In this document: positions 52,602 through 64,000 of the stretch, piece after piece
Numbering within the stretch: the first letter of the stretch is position 1
Layout: each line of letters begins with the position of its first letter
Assembly: GCF_004010195.1 (NCBI RefSeq)
Contig: NC_057711.1
Span: 72,144,845-72,208,844 of the forward strand
Direction: 5' to 3'
DNA: 64,000 bases
Source: Chiloscyllium plagiosum
Taxonomy: Eukaryota
The notes under the pieces: model-generated
What the model was told of the DNA's origin: nothing
The model's input: the letters and a program-made list of their open reading frames with translations, nothing else
The model's database searches: none
Made by a program: the position numbers and the translations under genes

Positions 52602-52890
52602 AAACTAGAGGGCAGAGGTTTGAGGTGAAAGGGGAAAGATTTAAAAGGGACCTAAGGGGCAACTTTTTCACGCAGAGGATGGTGCGTGTGTGGAATGAGC
52701 TGGCAGAGGAAGTGGTGGAGGCTGGTACAATTACAACATTTAAAAGGCATCTGGATGGGTATATGAACAGGAAGGATTTAGATGGTTATGGGCCAAGTGC
52801 TGGCAAATGTGATTAGATGAATTTAGGATATCTGTCCGGCATGGAAGAGTTGGACCAAAGGGTCTGTTTCTGTATTATGCATCTCTAAGA
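52602..52890 (+). mobile_element. CR1/HER1-type 3' end
   Basis: ORF 52625-52816 reads KGERFKRDLRGNFFTQRMVRVWNELAEEVVEAGTITTFKRHLDGYM, followed by the 3' UTR. Confidence 0.9.
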
Positions 52891-54483
52891 TACTGTGACA
52901 AATGCAGAGACTACGCAGTGTAAGGGAATATAGATATTTAATTACACATTTTATAGAAATCCAGCTTGTTTCATGAATACATCAAAAATAGCACAGGATC
53001 CTTGGCCCACAATATGCAAGACTAGAGACCTTCCAATATCTATGCTGATGGTAAATTCAAATTGAAAACCAAGAAAAATATGACTTAGAGATCTGAATCT
53101 TCTGGAAGATTTAGCCAGAATTCAGCATTTTCTGAACAATTAGCTGAGGGTTGGATATCAATTAACATGTAAAGCTTAGCTCAAGATATTGCTGCAGTGG
53201 GGACCTTCCAAGCAATGTATGATAAGACTTATCCAGCTGGGCAGGAAGTATGCTATAGCATTTGGCACACAGTAAGTAATATAAAAGATCTTGGAGCAGC
53301 CAAATATAGTAAGAAATAGCAGGTTATTGTGGTGTAATGGTAGTGTCCTTACTACCCAGCCAGGAAAGTGTAGAATAATATCTGTGAACAAGTTGATTAG
53401 AAAATATCTACCCTGAGAAACATGATACTGATCAAGCTTGCTCATCCCACCATTTCCAAACCTCATTTGAGCATTGTTACTGCTAGGATCGGGTTAAAGT
53501 GACTGGTTGTTCTGCAAAACAAAATCTGCCCAATTGCATTGTATGAGATAAATGGTCAATTAACACTATAGTATTAAATTGTACTGCCTATGAACTTGGG
53601 GGAGACTGTGGTAACTAGAGCTGAGTTTTTGAATTGTACATGTGTTCTATGAAGAAGATAGGTGTTGATTGTATAATGCTGACATATATTCAGGCAAGTC
53701 AATCTGTAACCAACAAACTGAAGGCTTTTCTAGGAATAGTGCTTTTTCTACTATCCAAGCAAAAGGCGACTTTGCATCAGTGAGTGCTGACAAAGACTCT
53801 GTTAACTAACCACGCTCCGGGAGAAGTCTATTAGTTGCACTCCATTAGTCTTGTTTACAGAAAAGCTCTGGTCTCTAAGCACATGATTGAAGCACTTGTA
53901 GTTCAATTTTATGCTGAGGATGAAGAACTTTGGAATGCAAGGCATAAGGGACTGTGGCATGGTAAAGCACTGTCCATTGCATACCTAATATTGACTTTTA
54001 TTTAAACAAATGCATACAGGAAAAGACACAGCATTTGAACGAATTTTTCTTGGCATTGATGTGCAATCCAGACCATTGTTGAAAGCAAAATAAAGCATGC
54101 ACAGTAGCTGTTTTCACTTTAAACTCTTGTTGAAATGGTAAATACAGCTGTTTGGCGACTTTCATCTAAGAGTGTAATTATGACTTAAAACTGTGGATTT
54201 AGGGGAGATTAGTGAACAAAATGTACTTGATAATCTCCTTTCCTTACCATTTCAGTAATGTCCATAACCTTGCAATATGAGCCCATTCAAATCTACTGAT
54301 TTATCTGTCATTACCCTCTCTTCACCTGGGCAAAATCTTGATAATTAGGAGCATCATAAGTCACTTTTATGTTTTCTGAACATTTTTCACAAGTAATGGG
54401 AGAGATTAGACTGTTCAAAAGAGGGAAAAGCAGAGGTTGTTTGTAGAAATACTCGAATGATGAAGGCCATTGGAAGAAAGAGG

Positions 54484-54905
54484 TTGAGTTTTTATGCTAC
54501 CTCTCACAGTTTGATGTGATCCCAAAGCATTACACAACCAATGAACTACTTTGGAAGTGCAAATGTTGTAACTTAGGCAACTGCAGCAGATAAGTTGTAC
54601 AGCAGGTCCCACAAAATTTAGGAGATAAATAACCAGTTAATCTGCATCCTGTTTAACTTTTAACTTTATTTTTTTCTACCAATGGTTTTGTATCTAGGTA
54701 CCTTTGTACCTAAGATGGTGCTGGGAGTGGCGACTTTTTACACTTTTGTATCCCTGTACTTGAGTACACATGACAATAAAATCTAATGCTAATTCTTCTG
54801 GTGGGTGAGGGATAAACGTTGGCGATGGTCAGAGGGAAGTTCCGCTGCTGGGATCTGTTGCATCTACCTGAACAACCAGGCAGGACCTTTCTTTAAAAGT
54901 TACAA
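54484..54905 (-). mobile_element. SacSINE1-like Deu-domain SINE relic, interrupted by a short + strand LINE tail (about 54655-54793, Rex/Babar-like)
   Basis: The minus strand reads caggtagatgcaacagatccca...gccaacgtttatccctca...gcagattaactggtt...ttgtgggacctgctgt...cttccaaagtagttcattggttgtgtaatgctttgggat. The insert ends gagtacacatgacaataaaatctaa. Confidence 0.6.
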
Positions 54906-54959
54906 CATGGTGAGGTTTGCAGTTTAATAGCACGTAAGAAAGTTTTCTGAAATATAAAA

Positions 54960-55043
54960 GGACTAGATTGGGTTGGGATATCTGGTCTGCATGGATGAGT
55001 TGGACTGAAAGGTCTGTTTCCATGCTGTACATTATGACTCTAT
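54960..55043 (+). mobile_element. CR1/HER1 3' UTR tail fragment
   Basis: ggactagattgggttgggatatctggtctgcatggatgagttggactgaaaggtctgtttccatgctgtacattatgactctat. Confidence 0.75.
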
Positions 55044-58000
55044 AAAAGGCTTTTTTTTGTATTTGGTTTTGTAGTATTAAAGATAAATATGATTTTAGGT
55101 CTGTGGTCAGCAAGGCATTGCATTTTAAAAGAAGTTATTTCTTTGGCAATGTTAATAAAGAGCTGGTTAAGAGAGTGCTGATTTAGGAAGACAGCAGCTG
55201 GGTGCCAAGAGGAATTATGAATGCTTTTTGTTTCATTTGGAACTGATTGAAAAAGAGCCTGGGGCTGGCACAAATTGTACAGCATTTTAAAAAAGACATT
55301 AATGGGCTTTCAGGCATGTTGGAATCTATGAACCCTTGTAGCTCTGGAACTATAAACAGTGTCATGTTCCAGAATTTATTTTCGTAAACAAGGCTTTCAA
55401 AAGAAGTTTTATTTTAAAAAAAACAAGTGTCAAAATATTAAGATTGTTGAAACAATTTGTCCAACTTATTGATTTTTGTATGTTTCCTGTGAAGATGCAC
55501 AAGGGGAAGGCATTTAGATAGCTTGTTGTATTCTGATAAATGACTTAACATCACTGCAAAAAGTCACATTCACCAGATAGTGACATGCAGGATGTAAGAG
55601 TCTTTAAGTCTTAACGGTCAGATTGACAAGTTAAGAAATAGTTAAGGAGCAGAGTTAGAAAACATGACTTGTTTTTGTCTATTTGGAACAATAACACTTC
55701 AATCACGGGGTAGACATTTTACTTTAAAAACTTAAAATACTTAAATCTCCTTCCTCACATTGTACACGATCTGTTAAGGCTTGATATGTATTTAGGTATA
55801 TGTCTGTTTGGAAGACATTTGTAACAGCAGTACTGAATTTGGTTGTGAGGGAGAGAAAAGATTCAGCTCCTGGAAGCATTGGTTTGACGGATAATGGCAC
55901 AAAATCTCTTACAATAAACAGTTGCAGTGATCCTATAATTAATGAAGCTGCAGGAAGCAACCATGACAGAGGCGATGAAAGCCCTGCATGTGAGTGTTCA
56001 TGATAATTGATGTGCAGCCTTGTAGAAGTAAGGAAAGGCTGTAACCAAAGGGCGGTTGTGGCTTTTATATTGCAGTGGGAATAGAGGAGGGGCAGCCTCA
56101 GCCATGGTACCATTTCCCACTCATCCATGGAGCACAATAAGGCTTATTAATATGGATAGGATATTGATATTTAATTGTGTGTGTGATTTACAGAGAGTGG
56201 AAGACCTTCAAGAAAAAGTTGAAAGGTCAGCTCTTGAAATGAAAGAATACAACTGATGGTGAAAGGCCTTGAACTGTATAGGGGACAAGCCAAAACTCTT
56301 GTAGCAGGTTTCATTTCGGAGTGGCATTTAGCACAAGTTTTGAGAAACACAAAAATACCATTGTGCTTTGCTGTTGCAATGTGACTTTTTTTAAGAAGCA
56401 CTATTGTAGTTTAACTTCTCTTTGAATTTACAAGACTACCTCCCTGAAGACATGCATTGTCTAAATTCTTGTTCCAGAACCCCATGTTTTGGGTGTGTGT
56501 CCTTGTCAAGGATGTACCAAATTCTGGACAATGTGTAATTTGAACAACATTTTCCGGTTTAGTTTGCCAAAAGAGGATGTAAAATAAACCAAAATTACTG
56601 TCATCCAAGCAGATGTAATGGTATTCTTAATTTGCAGTTTTATTTTTTGTTTGCTCTTTTACGCTGTATTACGATTGAACGCATTTGCTAAATTAAGACT
56701 CACAATCTGTGACAGGACTGTTTAAATAATGATTTACATAAAGGCCTTTGTAAATTTGCACAATGTAGCTGTAACATCAGATTTGAAGTTCAAATCCATC
56801 TACCTATTAACATGCATGTTACGCACAAGTCCAGAACTGGCAGTTTTTGATGTCCACCAGGAATTGTCCACCAGGGCAACTGGTCATTTCTCTCATTTGG
56901 TATTTCTGGGGCCTCTCAGTGTGAAAATGGATGGCTATGCCAGTGAATAAAAATACTGTGATTGCTGCACAGAAAATGTCATCCATTGCGCATAAGACAC
57001 TTGAGAATATCTTAAAAAGATGTGATACTTGTAGAATAAAAGCAAGCTTTCAATATATATTAATGCAATTTTTAATGATATGATATGGATTATTAACCAT
57101 AGATCTTGCTCATCAATTTTATAGGTTTCTCTCAAGCACACTTGTAATATACTTAGCAAGAATCTGAATTTAATTCAGAATACTGAGACACAAACAAATC
57201 GTACTTTCTAGTTGTAAGTTGGCGCAGTGATTGTGTGTTTATTTCGATATGGCAACCAAGTGATTAGGGAATGTTGATCTTGTAGCAGAAAAGGGATAAT
57301 TTAACTTGATAATTACGTCCACATTCAAAAGTTTCCATGTCTTCTTTACAGTTTTCAATCTCTTGCCACAAAATAAATGGCTGCAAATGGATATGAATTG
57401 GGAGAGTGTTAAGGCATATCTCTTTCTTTAAAGTCAGACGTTAGTGAACCACTGAGAGATGTCTCTATGCTTTAAGCAATGAATAAGCTTGAGTATAGTT
57501 TTCGTAGCATTGCAATGATTTTTTTTGATCAATATTACACATCAAGCTGCACAACAAAGGCTGCAAAGATATGACAATGGTGAAAATCTCACTGCATTGG
57601 AACACAAAGTCCCCAGAGGCAAACATTCTTCCTTGTTTTATGTTTTGGAGTTTTGTTTCAGTGGATACAGTATTCTCTGCAGCTGAGAACAAGTTTCACA
57701 TGAAAATAACAGACAAGGGTGGGGGAGGGGACTGTGCTGAAATTTAACAAATGTTGCTTTGGTGGCTGGTGGCAATTTTTCATTTGTTCACATGATACAG
57801 GCTGAGATGGGTAGACGCAGACTTTGTCAAATAGATATGACCCTCATTGTCCTGGAGGGCTGCAAATAGAGTCCTGTTTCATAATTTAAAGATAATAGGA
57901 AATATATTAACCAGAAGGTGGAGGTTGCTTTGCATTTTTGAGTGTTTATTAAGACTGGAACTTTGTCACTTGCTGATTTTCCTTGAAATTGGATATTCTC

Positions 58001-61000
58001 TGAGATATAACTGAGTTCAGATCTTTAGCAAAAGTAAATGTTATTCAATCATGCTTTTGCACAATTTGGTAGCTGCTGATGTTGCACTGTATGTCCATGC
58101 ATAGTCGTGAGATGATTGGCTGTGCATGACGATTGGAAAGCATGGCTAAATAAAATTTCCCTCTCTAAAACTCAAAGATGGCAATTTTAGGAAGGAAATT
58201 TAGGAATTCACCTGGGAACTTGCAAGTAGTGCTCGTTTGAGGAGTCTGCTGAGATTTTAGGAAGCTGTTTCCTATTGTGAAATCCTGCCTTGATGTACGA
58301 TGTATGCCTTCTACTGTTAGAACTGCAAGAGTTTTCCTATTAAAATTCACTCTTTCCCTAAATGTCAATATGCAGTCCAATTCTTAAGCTTTAAGTGACA
58401 GAAACGTCTGTCATTAGGTATGTTTTTATCAAACCAGAAACTCACTTCACAGTTTTCAAAGCCCGAAAAACAGTGAAAGTAAATGTAATTTTTTTTCTAA
58501 ACATTAATGTGTGTACCCCTTGTAAGTAAAACATCTACTGTGTCAGATTATTCTCAAAAATTCCCCTTCTGTTTTTAGTACATGAACAGATGTAGTCATG
58601 AGCCGATCAGTAATAATCTAGTAGTGTTCATCCATCCTTTCACAAAAGACAAATGACAGAGTCAGCCCTACAATTTATAGCATGATGTGTACCAGAGCAT
58701 AAAGTGTTTCGTTCTATTTCTCCTTGTGCTGTTGCCCTCCACTATACTGCAACACATTATTTGTTCAGATAAGCTTTGTCCTCAGCATTACAAGGGGTTA
58801 CTAATCACCACTTTGTACTCAATATAGTTTGACTCTGAGCAATAATTGACATTTTTCTAACCTAAAGGTTCAGATCTGTGCAGCACAATTATATTTAAGA
58901 GTGTTGTACTTTTATAAGGAACTCCTGCAGTTCTTAAAGAACCATTAGTCATACAAGACATGAGGCATCCACATGTACCAATGCTAGCCTTTCACAATTG
59001 CAACGAGCTGTATGGCATTCATTTTCCATTTGAACATTTGGGCAGGTGTGCTTAATTCCAGACGTCTGATCTTCATGTTAGATGTGTTCTGCCCAGACAA
59101 TTATTTAGTACCTAAGTGTATAAGAGCAATATCTGCAATGTTCTTAGAGGGCTTACATAGTATATTGGTAGAAATATAAAATAATATAAATACACTTATT
59201 TATGCTTTTTTTAATGTGATATTTTACATTTGTCAAATCAGATTGCTCCTGCTACTACCTTTAGTTTACGCAGACCTATAATCTTCAATACAGCATCTTT
59301 AGTCTGGTTGATACAAAATGCAGGCTCCTAAAATCCATAGCAATTCTACAACGTCACTTTAACAAGAATGGCCAGAAACCAAGCTGCGTCCTCGGGACAG
59401 GGGTCCGAGCCTAACAATGGAGTTTTCTTGACATTCTGTAAAGAGTACATTGAACAGAGTAGAGATTCGTGACTTCAGTAGTTCCCATCCCCAAGCTGTT
59501 CCCAGGCTGTAGTGAAGGTTGGCAGCAAGGAAATGCAGCTAAAGATATGCTCAGCACAAATGACTTCCAAGAAGTTTCCAGTCACTTGTCTTGCAGTGAT
59601 TGCATCTTACCTGCACTCTTACATGCTCTGAAAGATATTACACTTGCATCTATGAGGTAATCCTAAAGTATATTCAAATGAGACTACATTTGCTAATTCC
59701 CTTTATTAATTCCCCTTTTCCTCCTCCTTGTCATGAATTTACCTGCTCAGTACTGTCTACTGCTTCCTTTACCTCTCTGTCCTGATCTGTACTCTAGCCC
59801 AAACCGTTCACTACTTTCTTCATCACCCACTCTCTTCACCAGTTCCTGCTGCTCCATTGCACACTCTGCTTTGACCCCCAAACCTCAACTCCTTCTTAGT
59901 GGCTCTTCCTTCTGGCTGTCCATTTCCTGAAAAACACAAGTAACAGGGAGTAGGAAGGAGTAGTGTAGCAGGTGGGAGGTGGGCAGGGAGGAGCTGGGGT
60001 TCAATAGTGCAACTGATGCCTGCGGTCGGAACTGATGCTATGTTCCTGTTCCTGTTCCTGTTGGTGGCAACAATCACAATGCTGAAATTAATACTTGTGA
60101 AACTCTTGACAAACCTAGTCCGTGCTGGGGACAAATTCAGATGTCTGCATCTTCTGAAGCAGGTTTACTGTAACATACTTTTGAGCAGTAGGAAATGTGT
60201 TGCTCATTTGTTCAAATTCTTCTGTAGTCCAACAGGCCACCAGGCTAAATGTATGAGATATTGCTGCTTCCAAGTTACCTTTTGCTGTACCTTGTTCCAC
60301 CATCACAAAAAAAGTAAGATCCTACACTCTGTTAATTCCCTTGCTTTTACACAGCATTTAACTAGGAGTATTTATCATGCCCACCCACTACCAGTTCACA
60401 TTTAAAAACTTAGTCCTTTGCAATGGGACACAGGCCCATTGTTCATCCAGTGCACAGAACTGTCAGCCAAAAGTAACTTTGATGTCAGTGAAGTTGGTGC
60501 TTTGTTTCCACATCTGAAAAACATTGTAAACTCTCCACACCTTGTGCAGCCTGTCACTAAAGAAAAACATGTTTTTGGTAGTCGGTTCTTATTTGCCTTT
60601 TGGAAAGCCGGACAAGCTTGGCAGCCTGCACTTTTCCATGAAGCTTTATTTGTCTTGACATTATCTAAATACTGAGAGGCATTTACAGTTGTTTGGTCTG
60701 TGAGCTACGAAAGGATTCTTTACTGCACTCCGCTGCTAAATTTGTCATAGCAAACAGATTGAAAGTGTTCAGTGGAGCTCTGACAGGGCCTCAGTGTATG
60801 GTGTTCATGGCTGTAATTTAACAGTGTAATTTTTATGAGTCCTGTGGTTAAAAAGCCATGGCGGCATGCAGCATGCTTCAGTAACCTAGCAGTTAAAAAG
60901 AGAAGGTCAGAGGCTGTTTACGTGAGGATATTTGGAATTCCGGACCTGGCACAGCTCCTCCAACAATAAGCTGCAGGCTTGCTGGTTTCTGTGGAAAATC

Positions 61001-61377
61001 TCCGATTTGGATAAGGTGCTGGTTTGTGGAGTGTTGATTTATCGTTAGCCGTATCCATGTGAGGAAAGGTTAATTTGATGCATGAGTTTTGGCAGCAGGC
61101 TCCAATTGATCAAACCGATTCTTTTTTTATGCCTTCTTTGGTCGATTGAACTATTAGCCATTATATTCATGTTTGATGTGATTCCAAAAGCGACAGGGCA
61201 GCCTTTAAGTCAGGGATGAAGGAAAAGTAAATTTCTTTGCAGGTTCTCATTTGGGTTTTTTTTTGAAAGCCTAGAAACAGTATTGTTCAGCTTATGGTGC
61301 TGCAGTGTTTTCTCCAAGGTACCCATCTCTTTGCTAAAGCTTCTCTCTTTGTGTTCTGTGCTGCAAAGCTGAGGAGG

Positions 61378-61421
61378 AACCAATCAGCTTGCAGCGCTCG
61401 CAACAGGAGCAAGCCAATGAA
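61378..61421 (+). promoter_or_regulatory. Tandem NF-Y-type CCAAT boxes (candidate internal promoter/enhancer)
   Basis: aaCCAATcag at 61380 and agCCAATgaa at 61414, 34 bp apart, in a TE-free block that retains CpGs. Confidence 0.35.
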
Positions 61422-63612
61422 GTGGCTCCTTTGGTTTGGCAACACAAAACCCTGAAGGGAAATGCTTAAACAAAGACTTTCACTGCAGACAAATGTTAAG
61501 TGTCTTCACTGGTCTTTCGTCTTCCACGGTTTTATTGCCGCAGCTCTGAAAGGACTTGCTTGTCCCTTTCTCTTCAAAATTCTAAAGCTTTTTTTTAGCG
61601 GGGTGGGGGAGTGGTGGGTATTTTAATTATATGTTTGTATTCTGAGTTTTTCTCCTCTCTGTTGCCACAGCTGCGCTGCTGCAGTCAGTAGTGACTGGAA
61701 CTAGCAATCTCTGGGATGGGTCCAGGGAGAGAGAGAGACAAAAAAAACCCTCTGGCGATACAAATGCATTAGTGTTGTAAATATTGTTGACATGTTCAAG
61801 AATTTAACGCAGCTGAGAGTTCTGTGATACCATAGCTAGTATTGTAAAAGGAGGAAAAAAGGCCAAGTAGTCTGAGAATGCCCTATTTCATAGAATTTCC
61901 AGATGGGGGGCTTTTCTTTATGGGGGATGGACAGTAGTAGAAAAGTTGATTGCAGTCACAATACTGTTTTACTGTAATACAGTATATAGTGGACCTGTTT
62001 TCTCACCTAGTAATATGCACCAGTGTCACGTAGAGATAAGAATACTGGTATGTTTAGGTTTTTCTCCACAGTAGCATTTTGTCAGTCATTTGGGGAATTA
62101 AATTGTAGGATTGTTCTGCTTACAGGCCCTTGGAAACCCAGCTGGGAAATCTGTTTTGTTCCACGTGACTGCAGTGTAAGATAGATGTTTTGTGGTTTTA
62201 TTCAGTACAGATTAAACTCTCGATAACTGAAGGCTATAAAGGTAGTTTTGATGTCTTCTGACAAAATGCATACTTTTAAAATAAAATTTAAAATATTTGT
62301 TTGTAATTGAATGTGAAAAAAGGTCAAACCTTATGGTAGGAGTGAAATATAAATTAGTTTACATTCCATACTGTATAAGGAGAAATGTGTTGTCAGTGCT
62401 GAGATTATTTTGAAAAATTTATCCTGTACATGTACAGGTAAGGAAAAACTGACGAGAAATCATTTGGTCCTTGACTTTTCTCCTCTTCATTTTTGAAGAG
62501 CTTCATTTGTTTGCAAGAAACCCACAGAGTGGTGAAGGGGATATGAAAAATAAATCATATCAAATGATGATATGTAGTTCTAATTGAGTAGATAAATAAA
62601 AACCCAGAGTCCATGTTACTGCATGATGACAATCGTATTATACACCACAATTAAAAATGGCAGGAGGAGGATATGGGATTTATGTAAATTTAAACACCAG
62701 CAAACTAACATTGTGTATCGTTTAGGCAATGAAGGAAAGCTAATTCATAGAAAAATAGTTCCAGTGATGGGTCTTACGTTGGGTGCCATTTATTTACTCT
62801 CCCAGAATTTGTGTATAACAGTGTTCACAGCATTCAACTTTAAATTCATAATTTGAAACGAACAATTTTGCATTGAGTTGTAATTTGTGCAGGAGTCAAT
62901 TTAAAATCATTTGGCAACTGAGTTACTTGCATGGATTTTGTTTGAGAAGAAAAATAACCTTTTTTCTGGCAAGAATTCAGACATCGAAGGAAGGAAATGT
63001 GAATTAAAGCTTTGAGGAGGTGTCTGATTGATTGATGCACATCTTTCTGTTGGGGAAAGATTAAATTTACATAAATCCCATATCCTCCTCCTGCCATTTT
63101 TAATTGTGCTGCATTATACAATCATCATCATGTAGCAACATTGACTGGGTTTTTAATTCATAACTCCCTTTCTCCAAACACCCCACCCCCACCCCACCCA
63201 TCTCTTCATTCACCAAGAACCCAAAAAGGAAAAGTTCACAGATTGCTTATGGTCAACTCAGAGAGCTTTTTAGTTCTGCAGCATGACTCAGTGTGTGCTG
63301 GCAGCTTGCCAAGCAAAAGCAATTACGTGTAATAACAGCAAAAATTAAGAGGTGAGTGTTGCCGTTTTACAGCAGGACGTGGCAAGAACCATTTCCTTCT
63401 GTCAGCCGTATCTCGATTACACACTTAAAAAAAACAATTTCCTGTCGGTCTTGACTTGAGGTCAGCAAAGCCAGAAAGAGGAAGAAAGCAAAACCACAGC
63501 CACAGAAACAAATGTGCATTAAGTGCATGACTGGAAACGGTAAAATGGACTTCCATTGTAAAGATGTTGGATTTTTAAAAAAATACTTCTCTTTTTCTCA
63601 TATCTACTGCAG

Positions 63613-63700
63613 GTGTTCTAGTGGTAAATGTGACTTGGCGAAATAAAACATATGTTGGGACACTTCTGGACTGCACTAAACATGACTGGGCACCTCCAAG
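63613..63700 (+). CDS. ZNF608: ZNF608 next coding exon ((G)[28 protein letters not shown](R)), phase 1 start, phase 2 end
   Basis: Acceptor ctctttttctcatatctactgcag ends at 63612 and donor AAG|GTAAGC starts at 63701. The exon is 88 nt and completes the split Gly codon (g|gt) from the upstream exon. VLVV and CTKHDW are the ZNF608-type residues. It is too short to appear in the ORF track. Confidence 0.96.
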
Positions 63701-63800
63701 GTAAGCCTGCTTTCAAGGTATTTGAAATCCTAATGCAAATTGGAGAAGGATTTTAGACTTCAACATGGCACAACCTGAAATTGTCCCAACTTTGAAGAAG

Positions 63801-63925
63801 GTTAAAAATCGCACAACACCAGGTTATAGTCCAACAGGTTTATTTGGATGCCTGTTAGACTGTAACCTGGTGTTGTGCAGTTTTTAACTTTGTCCACCCC
63901 AGTCCAACATCGGCTCTTCCAAATC
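63801..63925. mobile_element. Inverted (head-to-head) Penelope-like termini forming a hairpin
   Basis: 63801-63838 is the reverse complement of 63851-63888 at 34/38 positions. The sequence belongs to the same family as 28005-28050. Confidence 0.7.
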
Positions 63926-64000
63926 ACAATTTTGAAGAGTTTTACTAGTGCTAATGCAGTTGTTTTAATCAAACTGTTCAGAAATTAACCTGGGCCTTCT

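Larger units (their letters stand above)
17876..63612 (+). other. ZNF608: ZNF608 intron, 45,737 nt, GT-AG, phase 1
   Basis: Bounded by a canonical donor and acceptor. The joined exons give the continuous conserved peptide ...[15 protein letters not shown]... Confidence 0.9.

Noticed and set aside
55724..56137. 137-aa minus ORF
   Set aside because: No recognisable protein features. It lies in probable regulatory intronic DNA.
60007..60405. 132-aa ORF with a hydrophobic, signal-peptide-like start
   Set aside because: The FLFLFL run derives from a (TTCCTG)3 microrepeat, and the remainder is not protein-like.
17623..63700. Assignment to the paralogue ZNF609
   Set aside because: The diagnostic residues ([23 protein letters not shown]) fit ZNF608 as I recall it. 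A reciprocal BLAST or synteny check would settle it.
1..64000. CRISPR-like array or regularly spaced repeat-spacer system
   Set aside because: I saw no regularly spaced direct repeats. The recurring motifs are irregularly dispersed retroelement tails.

Overview
This is vertebrate genomic DNA, almost certainly from a shark (elasmobranch). That is inferred from the HE1/V-SINE copies with (AATCT)n tails, CR1/HER1-type LINE tails, SacSINE1-like Deu-domain SINEs and Penelope-like remnants. The whole window lies inside one + strand gene, ZNF608 (Brakeless/Scribbler family). Two internal coding exons are visible: 17623-17875 (253 nt, phase 0 to 1) and 63613-63700 (88 nt, phase 1 to 2). They splice in frame across a 45,737-nt GT-AG intron. 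The rest is intronic: degraded LINEs, SINEs and putative MITEs (including a deeply nested cluster at about 29.7-35.6 kb), plus TE-poor blocks that look like conserved non-coding elements. The most notable non-coding signals are: (1) a near-intact minimal hammerhead ribozyme of Penelope-like origin on the sense strand of the intron (27962-27996), with three more decayed copies; (2) a 38-bp-arm hairpin 100 nt downstream of the second exon; (3) an internally deleted CR1 joining ORF1 directly to the ORF2 tail; (4) a paired-CCAAT candidate internal promoter about 2.2 kb upstream of the second exon. I see no prokaryotic-type system such as a CRISPR array or operon. Family names for repeats were assigned from memory of consensus sequences, not from database searches, and repeat boundaries are approximate.
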